From NCBI GenBank assembly GCA_025774555.1, contig JALGVT010000007.1, forward strand, positions 17,327 to 81,326: a stretch of DNA of 64,000 nt, read 5' to 3'. The notes beneath the pieces were generated by a model that had not been told where the DNA came from, did not search any database, and saw only the letters and a list, made by a program, of their open reading frames with translations. This stretch comes from a candidate division LCP-89 bacterium. GTDB lineage: Bacteria > Electryoneota > B3-LCP. This document shows positions 49,406 to 58,909 of this stretch, one piece after another. How positions within the stretch are numbered: the first letter of the stretch is position 1; each line of letters opens with the position of its first letter. The translations under genes and the position numbers were made by a program.

Positions 49406-51151
49406 ATGGTAATAAAGATATACGGTTTTTGTATGCGCGTATCAGCCCTCCTGATATTCGTTCTTACGGTTAGCTCTCCTTTATCCGCCCAGGTCATCGA
49501 AGAATGGGTTATAAGAGAAAACGGACGCGGCAACGGTCCGGATTATGCGAAGGATATAGTTATCGATCAAGATGGCAACATTATTGTTACCGGCTATTGC
49601 GATCGTTCGCTTCATCCTGATTGGGTTGACTATGATTTTGCCACAGCAAAATATGACAATTCCGGCAATACTATCTGGATTGCGCGTTATCCCGGTCTCG
49701 TTGACGAAAACGATAAAGCTTACGCGTTAGCCCTGGATGAAGCGGGCAACGTCTATGTGACCGGCGCTGGCAGCGGTCACGCTGATGATTACACTACGAT
49801 CAAATATAACTCCGATGGAGTTCAACAGTGGATGGCGCAATATACGAGTCCAGGCAATTACTATGATAAACCTAATGCGATAGCTGTGGACTCTGAAGGC
49901 AACGTCTACGTTACGGGATACAGTAACACGAGATCGTTCTATAATCACGATTACACCACTATTAAGTACAACTCCTCGGGTCAAGAGCAGTGGATAGCAA
50001 TTTATGATGGCACTGGCGGTGAAGATGATGAAGCGAAAGCAATTGTAGTTGACACAGACGGAAACGTCTACGTTACAGGTGATTGTTATGACGAGCATTT
50101 TTCCAACTACTGCATGACCATCAAGTATGATCCCGGGGGCAACAGAGTCTGGACAGCAGCTTACCATTTCCAGTTTGCCAACATAGGCTATGCCATAGCT
50201 GAAGATATGGTGCTGGACAACGCGGGCAACGTCTATATTGCCGGCTATCACGGTGATGAACGAGACTCCGAATTCCTCGTCGTGAAGTATGATTCGTTCG
50301 GCGTGGAACAGTGGGCTGAGCATATAAGTGCCAGCGGGGGCAGTTATGATTACTGTCATGCCATGACGATCGACGCTGACGCCAATCTGTACGTCACTGG
50401 TGAAGGATTCTGCAGTACCACAGATTATGTTACTATCAAACTTGATTCCGATGGAAATGTGGAGTGGATATCGTCATACGACGGGAACTGGGGTGGAGAT
50501 GATAGCGCGAACGATATAGTGGTAGATGCTGAAGGTAATGTCTACGTTACGGGAGAAAGTGAGATAGGGGCATATACTTACGAGTACGCTACTGTGAAGT
50601 ACGATCCCAACGGAGATGAAGAATGGGTTATGATTTATCCGGACAACTTGCCGGATTTCTATAGCAGCAGAGCCAGCGCTATTGCTATGGATAATGAAGG
50701 CAGCGTCTATGTTACCGGAAATTCCTATGTAGCTGAGACAAATTATGATTTTGCCACTGTAAAATACAGCCAGCCATCAGGGATAAAGGATAAAACCGTT
50801 ATCAGCGCCGAACCGTCGAAATTCAGCATAATCAGCGTTTATCCCAATCCATTCAACCCGGCAACAGTTATCAGCTTCGAGTTGCAAGCTGCAAGTTGGA
50901 TTAGATTGGATGTGTTTGGTATAAACGGGCGGAATGTAGGGACGGTAGGGGCGAGGTTACCTCGCCCCTACACGTCGGGGTCAGGGACGACCCCGACTAC
51001 GGGATTCTATCCCCCCGGCATGAACGCCATTACTTTCGATGGAACGGAGCTGACATCGGGGATATATATTTATCGACTTACTGCCGATAATGTGTCGGGG
51101 TCAGGGGCGACCCCGACTACGGCGAGTGGGAAGATAGTGCTGATTAAATAG
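49406..51151 (+). CDS. Secreted SBBP/beta-propeller repeat protein with T9SS C-terminal sorting domain interrupted in-frame by REP-like palindromes
   Basis: RBS aaggggg; signal peptide; ~8 repeats ...GN(V/I)YVTG...; CTD YPNPFNPATVISFELQ... then inserted VGARLPRPY/TSGSGTTPTT and VSGSGATPTTA segments encoded by P1/P2 palindromes; ends GKIVLIK. Confidence 0.7.
   Translation: MVIKIYGFCMRVSALLIFVLTVSSPLSAQVIEEWVIRENGRGNGPDYAKDIVIDQDGNIIVTGYCDRSLHPDWVDYDFATAKYDNSGNTIWIARYPGLVDENDKAYALALDEAGNVYVTGAGSGHADDYTTIKYNSDGVQQWMAQYTSPGNYYDKPNAIAVDSEGNVYVTGYSNTRSFYNHDYTTIKYNSSGQEQWIAIYDGTGGEDDEAKAIVVDTDGNVYVTGDCYDEHFSNYCMTIKYDPGGNRVWTAAYHFQFANIGYAIAEDMVLDNAGNVYIAGYHGDERDSEFLVVKYDSFGVEQWAEHISASGGSYDYCHAMTIDADANLYVTGEGFCSTTDYVTIKLDSDGNVEWISSYDGNWGGDDSANDIVVDAEGNVYVTGESEIGAYTYEYATVKYDPNGDEEWVMIYPDNLPDFYSSRASAIAMDNEGSVYVTGNSYVAETNYDFATVKYSQPSGIKDKTVISAEPSKFSIISVYPNPFNPATVISFELQAASWIRLDVFGINGRNVGTVGARLPRPYTSGSGTTPTTGFYPPGMNAITFDGTELTSGIYIYRLTADNVSGSGATPTTASGKIVLIK
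50945..50971 (+). repeat. P1 REP-like palindrome GTAGGGGCGAGGTTACCTCGCCCCTAC inside CDS (27 nt = 9 codons)
   Basis: identical to intergenic copies at 45042 and 47308. Confidence 0.8.
50974..51002 (+). repeat. P2 REP-like palindrome GTCGGGGTCAGGGACGACCCCGACTACGG inside CDS
   Basis: second copy inside same CDS at 51094..51122; intergenic variant at 40877..40905. Confidence 0.8.
51094..51122 (+). repeat. P2 REP-like palindrome (second intragenic copy)
   Basis: GTCGGGGTCAGGGGCGACCCCGACTACGG. Confidence 0.8.
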
Positions 51152-51225
51152 ATGGTTAAATAGAATGAAGGAAGAAAAAAGACAAGCCCGGGCTTGTCTT
51201 TTTCTTTATCCTAAAAATAATTCCC

Positions 51226-51254
51226 TTGACAAATGGGAAATATTACTTTATATT
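51226..51254 (+). promoter_or_regulatory. Putative sigma70 promoter (TTGACA-17-TATATT) for 51304 gene
   Basis: consensus hexamers. Confidence 0.45.
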
Positions 51255-51303
51255 AGCAGAAGAACCAAACCCGTTAACCAGATGTATCGAGGAGGTTATC
51301 ATA

Positions 51304-53121
51304 ATGCGCAGGTCTGTTCTGATCGTTTCATGTTTCAGTCTATTACTAATCGCTGCTTACAGTGAGGCACAGCCGCAAATCAGCGGACAGTTGAACGGCA
51401 CACTGCGAGCAGGGACGTACATTGTCGTTGGCGATATCGAAGTGGGGGTTACAGATTCATTAATTGTCGAGCCCGGCGTAACCTGTCTCTTCGACAGTAT
51501 TTTCAGCATCCGCATTTATGGATATCTGTACGCGGTCGGCACAGAGACTGACAGCATCATATTTCGTCCCAATGACGGAGTGGAAAGTTTCAACAGCATC
51601 ATCTTCCAGGACGGATCGTCTAACAACAGCGAACTTGGATACACATTCATAACCGGCGCCGCGGGAAGCGCCATCAACGCGTACTATGTCAACGTAACAA
51701 TTTCGCATTGCACGATTTCCGCAAACAGAGCCAACTGGGGCGGCGGGATATACTTTTCAAGCTCTAACGGCGTCATCTCTGATTGTGTCGTCACCGACAA
51801 TACCGCCATCCACAACGGTGGGGGCATTTACTGCACTCACTCCTCGCCAACCATTGAAAACTGCATTGTGCTGCAAAACTATTCCAATTATACTGGCGGT
51901 AACGGCAGCGGCAGGGGAGGCGGAGGTATATGCGCAAATCACGTTTCCAGTCCTTCTATAACGAACTGTATCGTTGATGATAACGTCACTGAGGCGAACG
52001 GCGGCGGCATTGCCGTTAATGACAATTCCAACGTGACTATTCTGAACTGCACGATGAACAACAACAGCGCCGACAGCAGCGGTGGGGGTCTTTACATCAG
52101 CGCCAACTGTACGCCTGTCGTCCGCAACTGTGAAATGCACTCCAATTCCACCGAGATGAACGGCGGGGGAATCTGCCTTGAAACCAACGTTCCGGCGATC
52201 ATTGATAGCTGCACCGTTCATTCGAACACAGCGGCTTGGAATGGCGGAGGGGTCGCTCTCCTGTACACCGATCCAGAAATCAGCCGCTGCGAAATTTATG
52301 ACAATGAGGCAACTCACGGCGGCGGTTTATATTCATTTAAAAATGATTCAACCGAGATCATCCACTGCACTTTCAGCGGTAACGACGCGTTGCAGCAGGG
52401 CGGCGGAGTAGAACTGGATAGCAGCAAGGTGCAGATCAGTAACACAATCGTCGAAGGAAGCACCGGCAATGGCGGAATACACTTTTCTGACTCGGACACG
52501 TCAACGGTGGCATACTGTGATTTCCACGATAATTTAAATGGTGATTTCACAGGAACGCCGCCGGCAAATTTAGGTATTATAACGACTGTCAATGCCAACG
52601 GCGATACCTGCGATGATTTCTTTAACATCTTCCTCGATCCGCTCTTCGTCGACCCCGTAAGCGGGGATTTCAATCTGCAGGAGAACTCGCCGTGCATTGA
52701 TGCGGGTGACCCGGAAAGTCCACAAGATCCTGACGGTACTGTTGCGGATATTGGTGTTCATTATTATGAGATCACCAGCATTCGAGATCAGCAGGAATCT
52801 CATCTGCCTGCGATGATTTCTGTATCAAATTACCCCAATCCCTTCAATCCCACCACCACCATCCGCTTTGATCTGCCGGTTGCCAGCCAGGTCAGGTTGG
52901 AGGTGTTTGATATTAATGGGCGGAATGTTACCAGCAGCCAGCCACCAGCAACCAGCAACTCTTACCCCCCCGGCAAGCAAGCCATCACCTTCGATGGATC
53001 GGGGCTGGCATCGGGAATATACATTTATCGACTTACTGCTGATAAATTGTCGGGGTCAGGGGCACCACAGGCGGAACCGACCACGACTACGGCGAGTGGC
53101 AAGATGGTGCTGATTAAATAG
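51304..53121 (+). CDS. Secreted parallel beta-helix repeat protein with T9SS C-terminal sorting domain carrying degenerate in-frame REP insert
   Basis: start at ATG 51304 after ggagg RBS (ORF-track start 51226); ISGQLNGTLRAGTYIVVGDI N-terminus paralogous to 33194 gene; GGGI(Y/C) repeats; CTD with low-complexity insert TSSQPPATSNS and expanded P2 at 53049..53092. Confidence 0.75.
   Translation: MRRSVLIVSCFSLLLIAAYSEAQPQISGQLNGTLRAGTYIVVGDIEVGVTDSLIVEPGVTCLFDSIFSIRIYGYLYAVGTETDSIIFRPNDGVESFNSIIFQDGSSNNSELGYTFITGAAGSAINAYYVNVTISHCTISANRANWGGGIYFSSSNGVISDCVVTDNTAIHNGGGIYCTHSSPTIENCIVLQNYSNYTGGNGSGRGGGGICANHVSSPSITNCIVDDNVTEANGGGIAVNDNSNVTILNCTMNNNSADSSGGGLYISANCTPVVRNCEMHSNSTEMNGGGICLETNVPAIIDSCTVHSNTAAWNGGGVALLYTDPEISRCEIYDNEATHGGGLYSFKNDSTEIIHCTFSGNDALQQGGGVELDSSKVQISNTIVEGSTGNGGIHFSDSDTSTVAYCDFHDNLNGDFTGTPPANLGIITTVNANGDTCDDFFNIFLDPLFVDPVSGDFNLQENSPCIDAGDPESPQDPDGTVADIGVHYYEITSIRDQQESHLPAMISVSNYPNPFNPTTTIRFDLPVASQVRLEVFDINGRNVTSSQPPATSNSYPPGKQAITFDGSGLASGIYIYRLTADKLSGSGAPQAEPTTTTASGKMVLIK
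53049..53092 (+). repeat. Expanded/degenerate P2 element inside CDS
   Basis: gtcggggtcaggggcaccacaggcggaaccgaccacgactacgg; homologous to intergenic 6623..6661. Confidence 0.6.
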
Positions 53122-53148
53122 CCGTTAGCCGTTGGCAGTTAGTGTTTA

Positions 53149-53175
53149 GTAGGGGCGAGGTAACCTCGCCCCTAC
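53149..53175 (+). repeat. P1-variant REP GTAGGGGCGAGGTAACCTCGCCCCTAC just after stop codon, convergent with AsmA-like gene
   Basis: perfect 12-bp palindrome. Confidence 0.75.
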
Positions 53176-53198
53176 TTTAATAAATATAAGTACTTATC

Positions 53199-56100
53199 TT
53201 ACAGGTTGGCTGTTACAGGTGTGTTTAAGAAGAACTTAAGGGGAACTCTCCCGAATGTTATCGACTTGCCCAAACCGATCAGGCGGGAGAGGATAAACAT
53301 ATCCAGTTTGGTGATGGGAGGCTTCAAGGGTATAATTGAAGTATAGACAAAATCGTCTTTGACGCCGAAGGTGAAGACTTTGACGCCCCATCCCCTTTTC
53401 AAGTAGCCGCGATAGGTCTGGATGGATGGATCGGTTTGATTCGGGTCCATAAAGCGGAGCAGGTTGTCTGCAACCTGTCTTCCAATGCGGGTAATGTCAA
53501 CGCTGCCTGCAAGGTCGAAGTGTCCATTTGGATTGATCCCCTGACCTGAGAATCTGGCGAAGGCAGATATCTGATTGTCTTCGCCTTTTTTCGCCTTCGA
53601 TTGACGAAGCAATGCAGTATTTATTTCATGCGCGCTGACTCGCATCCAGTACCCGATTGAATCCGGGATCATAACCGGAAAACTTACTTCAAATGCTCCT
53701 TTTAACACCCCGTCATAAGCATCCACCTTAAGCCCGGGAGATTCCAGTCGGTCCTGTTGAAAACTGATAATCCCTTCTAAATTGCTCACATTATAATCTG
53801 TATAGCGCAGCAGTCCGCAAGATACCGTTCCATAGGTTTTGTTCGCTGGAAAGAGGTGTTCATTGCTTGCAAATAGAACAGGGTCGCTGGACGTAGCATA
53901 GGTATCGGAATTAGCGCCGAAAGCAACGCCGTTCGAATCAATTACAAACGTCGTTTCATAGGGCATATACAGGTTCAAGTCTTCAAGTCTAAATTCATCT
54001 GCATAAGTAGCTGTCAGATTATTGCATTCTATCTCTCCGGTTAATTCATACTTTCCACTTTCTGAAAGCAGTAAATCACAAGCCAGTTCGCTTTCTCCCG
54101 CTAACTGCACCTCATTAGTGAGGTTGATCAGACTATCTGAGTGAAACTGCAGCCCCAACTTCGCCTGTCCCAGTATTTCTTCCTTACTGATCTTTAAGAT
54201 TACGTCACCGGAAGTTTCCAATCCAAGCTGTGACAGATTCGTTTGGAAGGAGACAGAGGCTTCCTGTTCCTCGAGATCGAAACTGCCATCCCAGCTCGCT
54301 TTGATCTGTCTGTAAGGTTTACTGCTGACCATCTCACTGACCAGTTTTCCAATCTCGATTTCGCCGCTCGACGACAGACAGTCCTTATTCCCGGCGAATG
54401 TGGAAGAGAATACGATTGAATCAACCGTAGATTTATAATAAGGCAGCTTTAAGGCGATATTTTCCGTATCGACGTCTATCTGATGATGAAACTCCGCTTT
54501 ATCGGGATTTAAGTTTCCAGATGCCTCGCCTGAAAAATGCAGATCGCCGGTCAGGATCAGATCGGTGAGGTTTTCAGGCAGCAAAGTATTAAACAGCGGG
54601 GCGATTTCGGTGAAATCAGCTTCCAAATCAAGCGAACTTATATCCCATGATCCATCGGTTTTGTAGGAGCAGACCAGGGAGGCATCTCCGTAAGGATCAA
54701 TTTCTACTTTTAACTCTTCAAACTTCAATTGACCAAAGTTTTCAGATAGGTTCCAGCGTGACTCGCTATGCGCCATCAGAGGCGGAATACTTACTGTATC
54801 AGTATCAATGCAGAGAGTCAAATCGGGGCACAACACCCCGATTCCCACTTCAATATCGTTTAAACCACGAAAAACAAAATCAGCCGCAGCTGACAGACTG
54901 CCGGATCCCCTATCCCGAACGAATTTATCCAATGGGAGATCCTTAATTGAACAGCCTCCGCGAATTGCCAGACCGGAGGATGCAAGTGGATCTTCTCTAT
55001 TCAAGCGTTTAATCTGTATATTTACGTCACCTTTTTGATCGCTTTGGAAGGGACCTTTTCCCGCCCAGCGCAATTCGACGTCGAGGTTCTCCAAGTCCTT
55101 ATCTGCGCTGGCAGTCAGCGATGATTTCAGATCGGTGATCACTAACGGTTCGGCGTCAATTCCCGTGGTTTCCACAGAACAGAGATAGGCGTCAGCGTCC
55201 AGTATGAAACTAATATTTTCTGCTGGATAAACAGCGCCGCGGTAAGATAGATCAAAATTAAAGCCCTGCGCTCGCAGGGGTAAAGAGCCGTGAGTTAAAC
55301 CAGCGTTAATTATTGCCAAGTTCACAACTGCTTCCAGTTCAGGATTCGCTCCCAGCATGGTTCCGGTCAGGAGCGAGTTTTCAATTCTGATCAATCCCGT
55401 AATATTAACATCATCAAGGATAGATTCCCAGCCGATCATCGATAAGAAACCGCGGATTATAGGAAGCCAATCATCGATAAAAACTTTTCCTTCATGAACC
55501 TGCAGATTCAAACGCGGATATCCCAGAATATCACCAATCTCAGCAGAAGCGACTAAGATTGTATCTCCTCCGAAAAGCAGCCTGATATCATCGATATTCA
55601 GATCATTGAAGTCTATCAGGTTAGCATTGGCAGATAATGCAATTTCCGATAAACTGAAATCATTGATGGCATTGTCGAGCAATACAGCGTTAAATTCCGG
55701 CAGGCATCGTAAAGCTATATTCAGAGATTTAAGCGCGGGATCAAGCGATCCCGTGGCGTTCAGGTTGAAATACGATCTCGAATTCAGGTTGAAAACATCG
55801 CTTATATATGCCAGGGTTATCGTGTCTTCTGAACCCAAGGTGAACTGCCCGGAATAATCGGTAGAATCTACGATATGGATTTGCTTCGCTTCAAGGAATA
55901 TTCCATTTAATTCGGTTTTAATAGTACCTTCAGTTGAATGAGCTGTAATCGCCGCTCTGGCATTTTCAACGGTCAGGTTATCGATTTCAAGCTTAATGGG
56001 TAAACTGAATCCGAAGGAGGGTTGTGTTACATCGTTGGAAGCTAATTGGATGACCGATTCTTTATCTGAATCGCGCGAAGACGAGTGTAGATCGGCGCTC

Positions 56101-56480
56101 TTCCCAGATTCGATTACATGATCATAAGTTACTTGGGGATTGACGATTGTGAGTCGTAGGATCACCAATTTCCGCTGGAATAATGGCAGCAGTCTATAAC
56201 GCAGGGAAATGCTCTCAATCGCGGCAATCCGCGCTCCTGTTGAGTCTTTCAGAGTGATCCCTTCGAGGCGCGTGTCACTGAGAAAATGAAAACTACCGTC
56301 CTCGATGTCAAGCTGCATACCGAGAGCGGCAGATACATTTTTTTCAATTTTGTGAATAATGAATGAATCAGGAAGGTATAACCGGCGACCGAGAATCAAG
56401 AAGAGAAATAGACAGAAGCCGATAATAAGCGCGTAGATAAATCTCTTTTTCCAGACTTTTCTCTCCATTACATTATCCAA
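53199..56480 (-). CDS. Large membrane-anchored AsmA/TamB-like protein (hypothetical)
   Basis: 1093 aa, single N-terminal TM, long beta-rich D/S/N/L-rich body; 22-nt gap to purL suggests co-transcription. Confidence 0.4.
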   Translation of the reverse strand: MDNVMERKVWKKRFIYALIIGFCLFLFLILGRRLYLPDSFIIHKIEKNVSAALGMQLDIEDGSFHFLSDTRLEGITLKDSTGARIAAIESISLRYRLLPLFQRKLVILRLTIVNPQVTYDHVIESGKSADLHSSSRDSDKESVIQLASNDVTQPSFGFSLPIKLEIDNLTVENARAAITAHSTEGTIKTELNGIFLEAKQIHIVDSTDYSGQFTLGSEDTITLAYISDVFNLNSRSYFNLNATGSLDPALKSLNIALRCLPEFNAVLLDNAINDFSLSEIALSANANLIDFNDLNIDDIRLLFGGDTILVASAEIGDILGYPRLNLQVHEGKVFIDDWLPIIRGFLSMIGWESILDDVNITGLIRIENSLLTGTMLGANPELEAVVNLAIINAGLTHGSLPLRAQGFNFDLSYRGAVYPAENISFILDADAYLCSVETTGIDAEPLVITDLKSSLTASADKDLENLDVELRWAGKGPFQSDQKGDVNIQIKRLNREDPLASSGLAIRGGCSIKDLPLDKFVRDRGSGSLSAAADFVFRGLNDIEVGIGVLCPDLTLCIDTDTVSIPPLMAHSESRWNLSENFGQLKFEELKVEIDPYGDASLVCSYKTDGSWDISSLDLEADFTEIAPLFNTLLPENLTDLILTGDLHFSGEASGNLNPDKAEFHHQIDVDTENIALKLPYYKSTVDSIVFSSTFAGNKDCLSSSGEIEIGKLVSEMVSSKPYRQIKASWDGSFDLEEQEASVSFQTNLSQLGLETSGDVILKISKEEILGQAKLGLQFHSDSLINLTNEVQLAGESELACDLLLSESGKYELTGEIECNNLTATYADEFRLEDLNLYMPYETTFVIDSNGVAFGANSDTYATSSDPVLFASNEHLFPANKTYGTVSCGLLRYTDYNVSNLEGIISFQQDRLESPGLKVDAYDGVLKGAFEVSFPVMIPDSIGYWMRVSAHEINTALLRQSKAKKGEDNQISAFARFSGQGINPNGHFDLAGSVDITRIGRQVADNLLRFMDPNQTDPSIQTYRGYLKRGWGVKVFTFGVKDDFVYTSIIPLKPPITKLDMFILSRLIGLGKSITFGRVPLKFFLNTPVTANL

Positions 56481-56502
56481 TTATCCATCAGTATGGATGC
56501 TT

Positions 56503-58749
56503 TCACTCAGCCGCCTGTGTCTGTTTGAACATCGCGGGCAGTGAAGAGAAATAGACTTCCTGCATCTTTGCAAGGTCGAGGTCGATTAAGCCGTCAATCT
56601 TCAAATGGTTTGAGCCTACCTTTCCGATATCCTTTGCATAGACCTCCATCGACGCCGCAAGAGCGAACAGATCATCGACATGTTTCACAGGAACAGATAG
56701 AATGATTCGCGAAGGCGTTTCCGCAAAAAGGAGATCAGTGGTGTGCAGGTCTCCCTGTTTGAGATTTACGACTGCTCCGAATCCGCTGCGATTATCTGAG
56801 ATACAGCATTCAGCCAGCGCCACCGCCAGACCGCCATCGCTGCAATCGTGCGCGGAATGGATCCAGCCCCGGTCGATGGCTTCACGAATACAATCCTGTG
56901 TGCGTTTTTCAAGATCGAGATCGAGCGCGGGAGCATCTCCGGCTATCACCTGATGCAGATGATAGAGATATTCGCTGCCACCCAGATCCGGCGCGGTTTT
57001 GCCGAGGAGAATGATTCTGTCACCTTCCTGCTGGAAATTAGAGCGAACCGCTTTATCGACGTTTTCGATGATTCCTACCATGCCGATAACTGGCGTGGGC
57101 AGGATCGATCCATCCTCTGACTCATTATAGAAAGAGACGTTTCCACCGGTAACCGGTGTATCGAATGCTCTGCAGGCTTCACCCATGCCCGCCACTGCTT
57201 CCTTGAAGAAATAGAAGGATTCGGGCTTATAGGGATTACCGAAGTTCAGACAGTTGGTGATGGCAATGGGTTCTGCGCCGGTACAGCTTACGTTTCTGGC
57301 AGCTTCCGCGACGGCTAACGCCGCCCCGCGACGCGGATTCAGATAGACGAAACGCGGGTTGCAATCCGTCGTCATGGCTATACCAATGTCAGTGCCTTTT
57401 ACTAAAAGAAGCGCGGCGTCGCCGCCGGGTCCGAAGACGGTATTGGTGCGCACTGTGGAATCGTATTGATCGGTCACCCAGGATTTGTCGCAGATATCAG
57501 GTGATGACAATAATTGCAACAGCACGGCATTCCAGTCGCGATCCTGACGGTAAGGCGACAAATCTGTTTCGTTGGTCTCATCGAGGTAGGCTGGTCTTTT
57601 GGATTCACGGTGATAGACCGGCGTTTCACCGCCCAGCGCCAGCGTTTGTGAAGGAATCTCGCAGACCTTCTCACCTCTGGAAAAGACCCGCATCAGACCA
57701 TCGTTTTTTACTTCACCAATTTGGGAATAGAGCAACTCCCAACGATCGAATATGGCTATTACCTCCTCTTCCCTGCCCTTCTTCACAACTGCCAGCATCC
57801 TCTCCTGGGATTCGGAGAGCAGTATCTCATAGGAAGACATGTTGTCTTCCCGCAGCGGTACTTTATCCAGATTTATCTCGATGCCGGCTTTACCGTGAGC
57901 GGACATTTCGGCGGAACTGCAGGTGATACCGGCGGCTCCCATATCCTGAATGCCGACCAGAGCGCCCGATTTCACGAGATCCAATGTGGCTTCCAGCAGC
58001 AGTTTCTCGGTGAAGGGATCGCCTACCTGAACGGAGCTACGTTTGGATTCGCTCTCTTCTGAGATCTCCTCGGAGGCGAAGGTGGCGCCATGAATACCGT
58101 CCCTGCCGGTGCGCGAACCGAAAATAAAAACCGGATTGCCTTCGCCTTCAGCTATAGCTGAGGCGATGCTGTCTTTCTTGACGATTCCCAAAGCCATGCA
58201 GTTGATAATAGGATTGCCGCTGTAACCGCTGTGGAAAACCACTTCACCGGCGATAGTTGGAATTCCCAGGCAGTTACCGTAATCGCCGATGCCTCGCACT
58301 ACACCATCCATCAGAAAGCGATTGCGCGGAACGTCCAGCGATCCAAAGTGCAGCGAATCTAAAGACGCTATGGGGCGCGCGCCCATGGTAAATATGTCCC
58401 GCATGATGCCTCCCACGCCGGTAGCCGCCCCCTGGTAAGGTTCGACCGCGCAGGGGTGATTGTGGGATTCGATCTTGAAGGCGACTGCTAAGCCGTGCCC
58501 AATGTCAACCAGACCGGCATTCTCTTCGCCAGCTTCAGCCAGCATACGCGGACTATTACGCGGCAGTTTCTTCAGTTCGGCGATGGAGTTTTTATAGCTG
58601 CAATGCTCAGACCACATCACGGAAAAAACGCCCAGTTCTGAGAAAGTCGGCGTGCGTCCGAGGATGTCGCATATACGGTCGTATTCTTCTTCATTCAGCC
58701 CGTGCTGCAGGGCTAAGTCTAAGTTGACGGGGGGCTGGGAATTGTTCAT
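56503..58749 (-). CDS. purL: Phosphoribosylformylglycinamidine synthase subunit PurL
   Basis: 748 aa; [13 protein letters not shown] and AIR-synthase-related tandem domains typical of PurL. Confidence 0.9.
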   Translation of the reverse strand: MNNSQPPVNLDLALQHGLNEEEYDRICDILGRTPTFSELGVFSVMWSEHCSYKNSIAELKKLPRNSPRMLAEAGEENAGLVDIGHGLAVAFKIESHNHPCAVEPYQGAATGVGGIMRDIFTMGARPIASLDSLHFGSLDVPRNRFLMDGVVRGIGDYGNCLGIPTIAGEVVFHSGYSGNPIINCMALGIVKKDSIASAIAEGEGNPVFIFGSRTGRDGIHGATFASEEISEESESKRSSVQVGDPFTEKLLLEATLDLVKSGALVGIQDMGAAGITCSSAEMSAHGKAGIEINLDKVPLREDNMSSYEILLSESQERMLAVVKKGREEEVIAIFDRWELLYSQIGEVKNDGLMRVFSRGEKVCEIPSQTLALGGETPVYHRESKRPAYLDETNETDLSPYRQDRDWNAVLLQLLSSPDICDKSWVTDQYDSTVRTNTVFGPGGDAALLLVKGTDIGIAMTTDCNPRFVYLNPRRGAALAVAEAARNVSCTGAEPIAITNCLNFGNPYKPESFYFFKEAVAGMGEACRAFDTPVTGGNVSFYNESEDGSILPTPVIGMVGIIENVDKAVRSNFQQEGDRIILLGKTAPDLGGSEYLYHLHQVIAGDAPALDLDLEKRTQDCIREAIDRGWIHSAHDCSDGGLAVALAECCISDNRSGFGAVVNLKQGDLHTTDLLFAETPSRIILSVPVKHVDDLFALAASMEVYAKDIGKVGSNHLKIDGLIDLDLAKMQEVYFSSLPAMFKQTQAAE

Positions 58750-58786
58750 CGCTTGCTTCGTGGAATATTGTTGTATTCTATCTGCA

Positions 58787-58822
58787 TCAGGTCACATCCG
58801 TCAGCCGACGGACTAGACCTGA
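58787..58822. repeat. P3 hairpin copy 2 (tcaggtcacatccgtcagccgacggactagacctga)
   Basis: matches 47467..47504. Confidence 0.6.
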
Positions 58823-58874
58823 CGTAACAGGGAACATGTCTAATATACTTTTTAGAAGTGGAAAAAGCAAGCGG

Positions 58875-58895
58875 CAAGGGGGGAATCTGTTTTAG
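58875..58895. repeat. Partial repeat family R copy 3 (caaggggggaatctgttttag)
   Basis: matches cores of 1855..1901 and 35826..35879. Confidence 0.5.
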
Positions 58896-58909
58896 ACGAT
58901 GGGTTCAGA

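Noticed and set aside
44900-53200. CRISPR array
   Set aside because: Repeats are palindromic, irregularly spaced, of several different families and located inside coding sequence. No cas genes.
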